DNA from: a virus | Taxonomy: Duplodnaviria > Caudoviricetes | Strand: one strand, 5' to 3' | Length of the DNA: 55,050 nt | Virus record (IMG/VR): IMGVR_UViG_3300020445_000003 | Location: 1-55,050 of that record | Shown: piece by piece, positions 1 to 8,589 of the stretch | Layout of the letters: each line of letters opens with the position of its first letter | Numbering within the stretch: position 1 is the first letter of the stretch | The notes under the pieces: model-generated | What the model was told of the DNA's origin: nothing | Databases searched by the model: none | The model's input: only the letters and a program-made list of their open reading frames with translations | Translations under genes and position numbers: made by a program

Positions 1-2926
1 AACCAGACATATACCTAACAAATGCACCATTCTGTCCCATATACACATTGGAACCCATCATTATATCAGTACCACCAGTATCATCAGTAGTTGATATTGC
101 AGCGTCTGCTAAACCAGTTCCATAAGCAGTCTGGAAACAGATAGGTGGTGTTGTCTGCGTAGCTCTTTTTGCTAAGAAAGCTAATTGAGAAGTAGGAGTA
201 GCAGTGTTTATACCAACAGAACCAAACATTCTAGTAGTACCAACAATTGCTAAACCAGATCCAATTCTATTATTATATGCATAATAAGCAGATCCAGGAT
301 CAGCAGCAACAATTGAACCAACTGATGCATAAGAGGTAGCATCAACTACATTTGTCTTGACAGCACTCCATCTCTTTGATGAAGTTCCACAAGTGTAAGT
401 AGTGTTATCACTAGGTTCAAGATGACCATCTGATGTAATGCGAAGTTTTTCTGATGCAGCTACACTCTGACCTCTTGTAATGAATACTAAATCAGAACCA
501 TAATCACTATCAGTTCCTTGCTTAACTGCTGCAATACCAGTTCCAGCATTCTTATGATAAGCATCTGCTGAAACTTCAAAAGCAATACCTACTGCATTAG
601 TTGCAGCATCTCCAGTTTGTTTTAGAACAACATCGTGCCAAGTATCTCCATCAGCTGCATCAAATGCTGTTGTTCTATTCGCAGGTAATATGGTTAATTT
701 AGAAATACCATGAACAGTTCCATCACCACTTATGGATACATCACCACTTGATGTAATGCGAAGTCTTTCTGTATTTCCACCAGTTGCAAAGTTTATATAA
801 CCTGTGGAACTATCTGCCATTATGGTTATATTAGCAGCATTTCCACCACCACTATTAGCATATAAGGCACCATCACCAGCACCTAATGCACCGTATGCTG
901 CATGGCCTGTTCCATATTTTAAGAGACCAATATAAGTACCAACACTATCTTCTGCTCGTACAAATGTTGATGCATTTGCGGCTGTTGCCTTATTTCTTAT
1001 TATTGATTGAGCTGCACTACCAGCATGATGCTGAACATCAAGTAATACACCAGGAGCATCAGTTCCGATACCTAAATTGCCACTGGTAGTTAATACCATT
1101 AATCGGTTAGGTCCACCTCCACCAGCAGTACCTGACCACCATTCATGCATTCTTGTTTCAGTTCCACCTAAATTTGCAGGACTAGCATTACCAGTATAAA
1201 TTAAAGCACCTGCATTATTTGTTCCAATCGTTCCATATCCATATCCGTGACCTAATAATAATCCATCGTATTGTGATGTAGATTTTACTTGAAGTAATGC
1301 GTTTTGTCCATTAGTGCCAGCAACAGGACTTGCTCCATCTATTTTTACTAATCCAGCTGATGTAATGCGAAGTCTTTCTGATTGACTAGTTGCACCAGCT
1401 GCTGTAGTTGAGAAGATAAGTCTACCTGGAACAGAACTTATACCTACACCTCCATCCATCTCTGCTTCTATTGCTGCTACTCTGTAATACTGACCATCAC
1501 CATTTGCAGCTCTAAAGTGTAGTTCTCCTATTGTATCTCCATCCTGAACAATTGTATTTGTTCCTATAGTTGCATTTCTTGATTTTGTAAAATTAATTCT
1601 TGCACCATTTACATTATTAGAAAATCCAAAAAGTTCAACCGTATTATCGTTTCCTCTTGCTACTTGTAATAGACAACCCTCTGATAAATTAGCAGTGTGA
1701 CCAATTAATGTTCTTCCTGATGAGTCGATGCGAAGTCTTTCTTTTGCTCCAGAGTTATCTTCTGTTCTAAAGACAATATTTCCATGAGAATTAGTATCTC
1801 TCTGTTGGAAATATAATGCTCCACCTGTTGAAAATATTTTTGCATAATCATCTGTTCCAGCAGTATCAGTTAATGTAATTCTTGGTGCTGACCCTGACAT
1901 ATGGAATAAAGATGTTGGATTATTAGTTCCGACACCAACATTACCCCCAGATAATATTGTAAGTCTTTCATCACCAGTAGATACATTTCCATTAGTATAA
2001 AAATTCAGACTATCACCATTATTTTTATAGTAAATACCACCCATAGCAGCACCACCAGTATCACCAAAAATAATTCTAGGATTACCAGTAGTCGTTCCAT
2101 CTCTTAACCATAGAGTAGGTGCTCCACCAGTTTTACCTTGTACAGTTAATTCATATGCATCATTATCAACTCCTGCAGATATCGCACCATTTGAATGAAT
2201 ACGAAGTCTTTCTTTTGCGTGTTCATTTATATTAGCATCTGTTGTCTTAAACAACATATCCATATTATTATTTCCATCTTGCACCACCTCAATAGATGAA
2301 TATCTTGAAGGATAATTCTGTGTAGGTGCAAATGCTAGACTTACCCCATTACCACTCGCATTAGACGCATGATTTAAAAGCATTGTGGTAGTCGAAACAC
2401 CACTAGTATCCTTTCTATTCCAAACTAATCCAGCACTATCAATATAGATTCTTGTGCTACCACCTGTTGCTATTTTAAATAAATTATCTCCAGGAAAACC
2501 CATCCAAGTATCATCATCCCCCAAATGATATATTGATTGTCCAATTCCGACACCACCACCAGATAGGATGCGAAGTCTTTCTGAACCTGCTGTTTCTACT
2601 GTAAATGTATCAACAGAAGGGAATCTTATCTTTGTATTACTATCACCTATATGTCTTATCGTATCAGCAATAGCTAAATCACCAGCAACATCTACTACTG
2701 CACTAAATTCACTATTACCAGTTACATCAATACCACCAGCAAGTACTTTAATACCTGTTCTTGCTGTTACAATACCAACAGAATCTATATTAGTTACATC
2801 GTCATATGTTAATGTCCCACCAATACTCACATTACCTGTAAATGTTGCTGCTACACCAGTTACATTTCTAATTGTATAATCCGAAGTTGGTGATACTACG
2901 CCACCAGTAACCTTAGTAAGTGCCAT
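1..2926 (-). CDS. Modular tail fibre protein, runs off the left end of the window (missing from the ORF track)
   Basis: ATG at 2926 next to the stop of the 110-aa ORF. Reads MALTKVTGG...GNVSIGGTLTYDDVTNIDSVGIVTARTGIKV..., a typical cyanophage fibre N-terminus. Six E(R/K)LRI repeats checked all fall in this frame. Confidence 0.85.
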   Translation of the reverse strand, partial: MALTKVTGGVVSPTSDYTIRNVTGVAATFTGNVSIGGTLTYDDVTNIDSVGIVTARTGIKVLAGGIDVTGNSEFSAVVDVAGDLAIADTIRHIGDSNTKIRFPSVDTFTVETAGSERLRILSGGGVGIGQSIYHLGDDDTWMGFPGDNLFKIATGGSTRIYIDSAGLVWNRKDTSGVSTTTMLLNHASNASGNGVSLAFAPTQNYPSRYSSIEVVQDGNNNMDMLFKTTDANINEHAKERLRIHSNGAISAGVDNDAYELTVQGKTGGAPTLWLRDGTTTGNPRIIFGDTGGAAMGGIYYKNNGDSLNFYTNGNVSTGDERLTILSGGNVGVGTNNPTSLFHMSGSAPRITLTDTAGTDDYAKIFSTGGALYFQQRDTNSHGNIVFRTEDNSGAKERLRIDSSGRTLIGHTANLSEGCLLQVARGNDNTVELFGFSNNVNGARINFTKSRNATIGTNTIVQDGDTIGELHFRAANGDGQYYRVAAIEAEMDGGVGISSVPGRLIFSTTAAGATSQSERLRITSAGLVKIDGASPVAGTNGQNALLQVKSTSQYDGLLLGHGYGYGTIGTNNAGALIYTGNASPANLGGTETRMHEWWSGTAGGGGPNRLMVLTTSGNLGIGTDAPGVLLDVQHHAGSAAQSIIRNKATAANASTFVRAEDSVGTYIGLLKYGTGHAAYGALGAGDGALYANSGGGNAANITIMADSSTGYINFATGGNTERLRITSSGDVSISGDGTVHGISKLTILPANRTTAFDAADGDTWHDVVLKQTGDAATNAVGIAFEVSADAYHKNAGTGIAAVKQGTDSDYGSDLVFITRGQSVAASEKLRITSDGHLEPSDNTTYTCGTSSKRWSAVKTNVVDATSYASVGSIVAADPGSAYYAYNNRIGSGLAIVGTTRMFGSVGINTATPTSQLAFLAKRATQTTPPICFQTAYGTGLADAAISTTDDTGGTDIMMGSNVYMGQNGAFVRYMSG

Positions 2927-2927
2927 A

Positions 2928-3260
2928 TTAGGTAATTTCCATTATCGTGAGTGCTACATCAAGAGTGCTATTAGTATCACTGACTGCTGTAAGTGTATCT
3001 GTTGATTCTAGTACTATTTTATTTCCTTGCATAAACTCCAAAGATGATCCATACGGTAAAGGAACATTTTTCATCAAACTAATATCATCTGTGGATGCTC
3101 TAGTTATTCCCAATCCAACATTGATTGAACTACCAGAGGTATTTGCAAGAGTTACTCCAATAACAACTGTCGTTGTAGCGGGACTACTAGGTACAACATA
3201 AACATTTGATGTTGCAGTACCTACATTATTTTTCGTTTTTAATTTAAAAGTATTTGCCAT
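2928..3260 (-). CDS. Small fibre-associated virion protein (110 aa)
   Basis: ORF track. Beta-rich MANTFK...ALTIMEIT type found next to cyanophage fibre genes; tightly packed between neighbours. Confidence 0.7.
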   Translation of the reverse strand: MANTFKLKTKNNVGTATSNVYVVPSSPATTTVVIGVTLANTSGSSINVGLGITRASTDDISLMKNVPLPYGSSLEFMQGNKIVLESTDTLTAVSDTNSTLDVALTIMEIT

Positions 3261-3262
3261 GT

Positions 3263-4339
3263 TTATCCTAGAGCGATTGCCATTGCGACTGCATCATTAA
3301 GTGCTGTTTCTGATACACTAACACCACCCACTTTAACGTCTGTTTCACTATTTATTGCACCAGAAACATCCAACATATAATCAGGTATTTCAGATCCGAT
3401 ACCAACATTACCACCATTAAAATATGATTTTCCATTTCCTCTAAGATGAATCTTAGTTGATCCATTATGTTTAAGATTTAATCTACATTCTTCAGTACTA
3501 CCTTCTTTCCATACTTGAAATAATTCTTGTGCATGAGACCTAAGTTCAAATAGATCATCATCATTAAGTCGAACTGCAACTCTTTCAGAATTAGACATTA
3601 CAGTGGTATTAATACCAACATATCCACTTGAGTCGATGCGAAGTCTTTCTACATCACCTGTAGATGCAGCAACATAAGTATTTTGAACTATGAATGCTTC
3701 CTGACCATCAACTGATTGAAGTATAGCACCAGTTGTTCCACCTCTAATATACAAATTATTATTTGTATGATGTGTAAGTCCTGCTGTCTCAAAAGAAGTT
3801 GATTGTCCTGTAAGTTTTAATACACCTGACGATGTGATGCGAAGTGCTTCTGCTAAACTTGCTCCACTGGTTCTAGTGTGGAATGCCATAAAACCATCAT
3901 CATAATTTGTATCATCACTACCAGTTACATATTGAATTCTAGCTACAGAATTTCCATTCCATTTTCCATCTATAATTGCAAACTGAGTATCTTTTTGTCT
4001 TGCAGAATCAAATGTAAAAGAATTAAATGAATTAGCAGTTGTCTTTAATCTTAAATCAGCAGGACCACTTGTATTCCAAACATCTAAAGTTTTTGCTGGT
4101 ATTTCACTTCCGATACCTACCTTCTTATTGCCACTATAATGTATTGATCCTCCACCAAAATTCTCTGTCCAGGGAGTAAGTAATGCTGCAGTATCTGCTA
4201 TTCCTACATTATTTGTATCCCTTTTAGTATATAAACGACCATCATACGTATTAAGAGCTAATTCTCCTAATAATAAATCTGATTCTATTGGCCTTTTATC
4301 TGCTGTGGCAGATCTCCTTAACCTAAACTTCGTAGCCAT
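3263..4339 (-). CDS. Short tail fibre-like protein (358 aa)
   Basis: N-terminal KFRLRRS...P...LLLGELALNTYDGRLY fibre-anchor motif, VGIGS..P repeats, two xxLRI junctions, C-terminal AVAMAIALG. Confidence 0.75.
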   Translation of the reverse strand: MATKFRLRRSATADKRPIESDLLLGELALNTYDGRLYTKRDTNNVGIADTAALLTPWTENFGGGSIHYSGNKKVGIGSEIPAKTLDVWNTSGPADLRLKTTANSFNSFTFDSARQKDTQFAIIDGKWNGNSVARIQYVTGSDDTNYDDGFMAFHTRTSGASLAEALRITSSGVLKLTGQSTSFETAGLTHHTNNNLYIRGGTTGAILQSVDGQEAFIVQNTYVAASTGDVERLRIDSSGYVGINTTVMSNSERVAVRLNDDDLFELRSHAQELFQVWKEGSTEECRLNLKHNGSTKIHLRGNGKSYFNGGNVGIGSEIPDYMLDVSGAINSETDVKVGGVSVSETALNDAVAMAIALG

Positions 4340-4360
4340 TTATTAAATCGGTATATACCT

Positions 4361-4388
4361 AAAAAGAGACTTATATAAGCCTCTTTTT
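4361..4388 (-). terminator. Rho-independent terminator-like hairpin
   Basis: Minus strand AAAAAGAGGCTTATATAAGTCTCTTTTT forms a stem with one G-U pair and ends in a T run, 12 nt past the stop of ORF 4400-4573. Confidence 0.65.
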
Positions 4389-4394
4389 ATTTAT
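4388..4394 (-). promoter_or_regulatory. T4-type late promoter (ATAAATA)
   Basis: GATAAATA about 50 nt upstream of the fibre start at 4339; T4 gp55 consensus is TATAAATA. Confidence 0.55.
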
Positions 4395-4399
4395 CGTAG

Positions 4400-4573
4400 T
4401 TAGGATTCCTCTTCTTCTTTATTGCCATCTAAAATAGTTAACGCTTCAATTGCTCCTTGAATACGGATAAACTGCTCTTTCTTTAAATTAAAAGATTTTT
4501 CCATTTCAATCAATTCTTTTTTAAGATCTTCCTGTTGTTTAGTAAGATCACTTAACATTTCATCTTTTTTCAT
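4400..4573 (-). CDS. Small coiled-coil hypothetical protein (57 aa, not in ORF track)
   Basis: Manual translation: MKKDEMLSDLTKQQEDLKKELIEMEKSFNLKKEQFIRIQGAIEALTILDGNKEEEES*. Flanked by a promoter and a terminator. Confidence 0.75.
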   Translation of the reverse strand: MKKDEMLSDLTKQQEDLKKELIEMEKSFNLKKEQFIRIQGAIEALTILDGNKEEEES

Positions 4574-4608
4574 TTTAATTAGTAAAAATTTAAACTAGTT
4601 CTTTATAT

Positions 4609-4637
4609 ATTATAGACTAAATAGTAAAAAAAGTCAA
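4609..4637 (-). promoter_or_regulatory. Sigma70-type (early) promoter TTGACT-17-TATAAT
   Basis: -35 at 4637-4632, -10 at 4614-4609, 17-nt spacer, pointing at ORF 4400-4573. Confidence 0.7.
4617..4623 (+). promoter_or_regulatory. Late-promoter-like CTAAATA
   Basis: TAAATA core 15 nt upstream of ATG 4639. Confidence 0.45.
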
Positions 4638-4638
4638 A

Positions 4639-7137
4639 ATGGCTCTAAAGATATACCAAAAATTTGGATTAAGAAGAGATAATGATCTTGGCGATTTAAA
4701 CAATCAAACATTAGCATTAACTAATGTATTAAATGATATACAATCTGGAACAGAATTTAAAGCAGAAGACTTAGGAGTAATAAAGGGCATGTATGCCCAA
4801 GGTCTTGAAAGTAGTACATTTTTGGAAGTAGGTGGAAGTGCAGAAGAAACTACTACTTCAGATGGAGTTACAACACCATTAACACCATATGTTTCATATC
4901 AAAATAGATTAGATTTAAGTGAAACTTATGCAGGAACACCAAGAATATTTGGTGGAGATGGACCTAATGTAAAATATTATGATTTTGATCAAGTAGCAGA
5001 GCCAATCCCAACTGATCCAACTATCAATACAGGTATGTGGATAAGTGGTACTGAACCATTTGCAGAAGATCAATTCTGGGAAAGAGGACAATTTGCATGG
5101 GATAGAAAACTACATGAAAAATCTGCATCTGTAAACGGTGGAATAGAATGGGAAGGTTATTATGTTCCGACTGGAACAGGAAATCATAGTTTTACTGTAG
5201 GTACTACTGGATGTTGGACATTTGATTTCCAAAAAATTGATTATACTAATGCATTTCAACCAAATACTGACTGGGATACGGCACCAGGTGGAGCATATAA
5301 TGCACAAAGGAGTGATACTCATAACACAATATATAAAAATTATGCTTTCATAAGACCAGAAGTAAATATTTCTTGTTATCGTTATGTAGATACTAATAAT
5401 GCTACTGGTACAGTTCTACAAATAGTTAATGCATCAGATTATAATAAAGTTGCTGCTGGAATGACTTGCATAAATGGTAGTTATATTGAAGGTGGTAACG
5501 ATGGTGCTAAAGTATCAGAGTATGATACAGCTAATGGAAGAATAACACTAGATACAACACTAGTTGATGGAAGTACAAACAATAGTCCAGTTAAAAATGC
5601 ATTATCTAATACTTCTTCTGGTGCTCAAGACATTAAATTTGTACAAGAAACCAACCAATCCACATCTGCTACATGGAAAATTGATTATCCTCTAACTGCA
5701 GGAACTCCATATAGAATTAAATTTAGATATTTTACTCCCCAAATTTGGGATTCAAATAAAAGTAATAGATTTATGAATATAGTTGAATCTATACCTAACG
5801 GTGGAGGTCAAAGTGAATTAAATTATAAAAAATTATATAATTTAACTTATGATTTTAGTGAGAAAGAAAAAGGATCCTTTAATAAATTTTTGGATGCTTC
5901 CATTTTATTTGGTGGGGGAACTACTGGAGGAACAACTCACGCAAATTACACTAGCATAAAAACAACTAAAAAAATAGACGGAAGATATGATCCAATAAAC
6001 TTAACATTAACAAATGATTATGATAGTACTACAGTTAATGGAAAAAAATATCCTTACAAAAAAATAGAAGTTTGGACAGATACAAAAGAAGTTGCACAAA
6101 ATTCAAGTTCTATGGCAATAGATAATACTACTGGAATAGAAGTTGGAAACTACATATATGATCATAGTTGGGCAACAAGTGGAGCAACTGGAACCAAATA
6201 TATTGCAGACAAAACAAGAATTGTAGAAGTTATTGCAAATAGTAGTATTATATTATCTTCTCCATTTTTAGCTACTGGTTCAGCAACATTTAAAATTATT
6301 GAGCATCGTGGACATATAAAAAGATTTGTTGCAGATCATAACAACAGTAACACTTTAACATTAAAAGCTAATACTCCAACTGGTAATAATGATCCAAATC
6401 AAGATGATGAATTAAAGAAAAAAATGATAGTTGTAGGTGAACATTTACCGATCAATACTCAAATAGATGTTAGACCAACTACTGCTACTACAGTCGTAGT
6501 AACGGCAAATACTACGGGAGGTAATCTTACCAATAAACCTTATTACGTTTATGATTACCAGGGATTGATTAATGATTCTATGCTTGCATTTTGTGAACCA
6601 AGTACTGATTCAGACCAGAACATTTGCCTAACTGTAGAAGATGACATTCCAGAAGGTAGTACAAGTATTACATTTTCTACAGCTGGAGTATCACAGGCAG
6701 CATGGAATTCAATACCCAATAATAGCAACAGAGTTCTTGGATATTACTTTGCTTCTGGTACTACTGCATCTAAGAGTGGAAGTAGAACTCTAAACTTAAG
6801 TACTGCAACAGCAAAATTAATTAAAGCAGGAAATAACTTTACAGTAACTGCTGATACTGGTACTGAAGACAAATCATTATGTTGTCCACCAAAAGACACT
6901 GCACCACCATTCGCATCAACCGATGATGGAATGGTGACTGTAGAAAATCACGAAACTCTAGATGTTCTTTCTGGTAATGTTATATTTGATAATATAAGAG
7001 CAACTATTCTTCCATCAACTGAAATAGTAGAACCTCCTTCAGTTGATTATGATGATTTGTTAGGTACACTCCTAGATAAAAGAATTAGATTTAAAGCAGG
7101 AGATGGCAATACTTATAGATTGTTTGTAAGTACTTAA
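4639..7137 (+). CDS. Putative virion structural protein with PA14-like carbohydrate-binding domain (832 aa)
   Basis: GGIEWEGYYVPTGTGNHSFTV...GTPYRIKFRYF matches the PA14/GLEYA pattern; Thr/Asn/Gly-rich beta segments. Confidence 0.65.
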   Translation: MALKIYQKFGLRRDNDLGDLNNQTLALTNVLNDIQSGTEFKAEDLGVIKGMYAQGLESSTFLEVGGSAEETTTSDGVTTPLTPYVSYQNRLDLSETYAGTPRIFGGDGPNVKYYDFDQVAEPIPTDPTINTGMWISGTEPFAEDQFWERGQFAWDRKLHEKSASVNGGIEWEGYYVPTGTGNHSFTVGTTGCWTFDFQKIDYTNAFQPNTDWDTAPGGAYNAQRSDTHNTIYKNYAFIRPEVNISCYRYVDTNNATGTVLQIVNASDYNKVAAGMTCINGSYIEGGNDGAKVSEYDTANGRITLDTTLVDGSTNNSPVKNALSNTSSGAQDIKFVQETNQSTSATWKIDYPLTAGTPYRIKFRYFTPQIWDSNKSNRFMNIVESIPNGGGQSELNYKKLYNLTYDFSEKEKGSFNKFLDASILFGGGTTGGTTHANYTSIKTTKKIDGRYDPINLTLTNDYDSTTVNGKKYPYKKIEVWTDTKEVAQNSSSMAIDNTTGIEVGNYIYDHSWATSGATGTKYIADKTRIVEVIANSSIILSSPFLATGSATFKIIEHRGHIKRFVADHNNSNTLTLKANTPTGNNDPNQDDELKKKMIVVGEHLPINTQIDVRPTTATTVVVTANTTGGNLTNKPYYVYDYQGLINDSMLAFCEPSTDSDQNICLTVEDDIPEGSTSITFSTAGVSQAAWNSIPNNSNRVLGYYFASGTTASKSGSRTLNLSTATAKLIKAGNNFTVTADTGTEDKSLCCPPKDTAPPFASTDDGMVTVENHETLDVLSGNVIFDNIRATILPSTEIVEPPSVDYDDLLGTLLDKRIRFKAGDGNTYRLFVST

Positions 7138-7142
7138 GTTAT

Positions 7143-8588
7143 TCATTCTCTTTCTACAAGAATATAATACGTTTCTCCATTTATTATCATTGGAAATTTA
7201 TAAACATTTGGGTTACTGCCACTAAGTTTATTCACTAATTTGCTATCACTAGCAGTAATATCTACAATCTCAGCACTAAGTCCCTTTATTTTAATTTGTC
7301 CAGCTGTAACTACACCAGAATCATTAGTTACTCCACCAAACTCTAAATCACCGATAGTAAATTCATCGGAATGAGAAAGTGTTGAAAAAAGATTATAATA
7401 CAGGGTGTTAGGCGTGGTACTACTTTTTTGCCAAGGGTTATTATCTGTAGAGAATGCACGAGTATCTCCAATAAAAATACCAGGACTATCTGGAGTTACA
7501 TTGTCATCTTTCGTTGCATTTAAAGCAGTTGCACCATCATTATACCCTTGAGGATCTTTAACTCTTACTGATCCTTCAAATTTAACATCTCTATCACTTA
7601 ATATATCTTTATTAGTTTTATATTTCTTTTCTATTAAAAACTCAGAATATTCATAAGCAGTCACATTATTACTAAAACTACCATTTATTCCAGTATCACC
7701 CAAATAACTAAAATTTTCATCTAATATTTCTGGTTTTATGAATGCAGTAAGATTTGGTGCAGTTACTCCATCTTTACGAATAAACCCAAATGTTGAAGTA
7801 AAAGATCCATTATTTGAATTTACTGAAATTATTGGTATGGTACTAACTCCAACAGCATCACCAGAAGGTGTAGTCGAAATTTTAAAAGCATTTCTTGCAT
7901 TAGAACTACAAACATAATAATCTTTATTGGGAATTAAAGTCTCAGTAGCAAGACTACCTACAGTACCAGAACCATTACCACTTCTATCTCCAATATTAAA
8001 AGTAATTTCTTCATTAACTTGTATAGTATCATCATTCGTAAATGTACTATCAGTTAATTCCCATTCTGAAATATATGTAGTAATAACCTTTGATAATGTA
8101 TTTTCAGAATTATCTGCAATTGTAACAGTAAATGAATCTTCTTTATTAACAATTCCATCTTCATTATTATTTGGTTCATACTCCCAAACTCCTGCTGCAT
8201 TAATAGTTGCTGTTCCTCTAGTTGCTTGAGTTGTTACTGCATAATTAGTACCAATTCCAGTTAATATACTTTTATCATTACTTGTTAAAATAATACTATT
8301 AGTAACTTTTCGACTTTTATTGGATGTAAAAAAATGTGGTGCTTTAGTATTTACATTATTCACTTCATAATTTGCATCATTAGTTTCATTGGTAGTAAGA
8401 GTAATTACTAGTGGAGGTGTATTACCTGGTCCCAATATAGACGTATTCCTTAAGTTATTGACAAGTATTGAAAGATCTTTTGAAATGCCAGGATTATATA
8501 AATTATCCCACGCAGCATCATCATCATTAGATTCTTGTAAATTAAGATCTATTCTAAATCCTTGATTCTGTATCGGTACTTTAGACAT
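7143..8588 (-). CDS. Putative virion structural protein with Ig/cadherin-like (VCBS-type) insert (481 aa)
   Basis: YAVTTQATRGTATINAAGVWEYEP...DSFTVTIAD resembles bacterial Ig-like repeats. Confidence 0.6.
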   Translation of the reverse strand: MSKVPIQNQGFRIDLNLQESNDDDAAWDNLYNPGISKDLSILVNNLRNTSILGPGNTPPLVITLTTNETNDANYEVNNVNTKAPHFFTSNKSRKVTNSIILTSNDKSILTGIGTNYAVTTQATRGTATINAAGVWEYEPNNNEDGIVNKEDSFTVTIADNSENTLSKVITTYISEWELTDSTFTNDDTIQVNEEITFNIGDRSGNGSGTVGSLATETLIPNKDYYVCSSNARNAFKISTTPSGDAVGVSTIPIISVNSNNGSFTSTFGFIRKDGVTAPNLTAFIKPEILDENFSYLGDTGINGSFSNNVTAYEYSEFLIEKKYKTNKDILSDRDVKFEGSVRVKDPQGYNDGATALNATKDDNVTPDSPGIFIGDTRAFSTDNNPWQKSSTTPNTLYYNLFSTLSHSDEFTIGDLEFGGVTNDSGVVTAGQIKIKGLSAEIVDITASDSKLVNKLSGSNPNVYKFPMIINGETYYILVERE

Positions 8589-8589
8589 T

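Noticed and set aside
431-3851. Repeated ~22-nt motif as a CRISPR array
   Set aside because: Spacing is 200-1000 nt and irregular, copies are in-frame coding sequence, and there are no cas genes.
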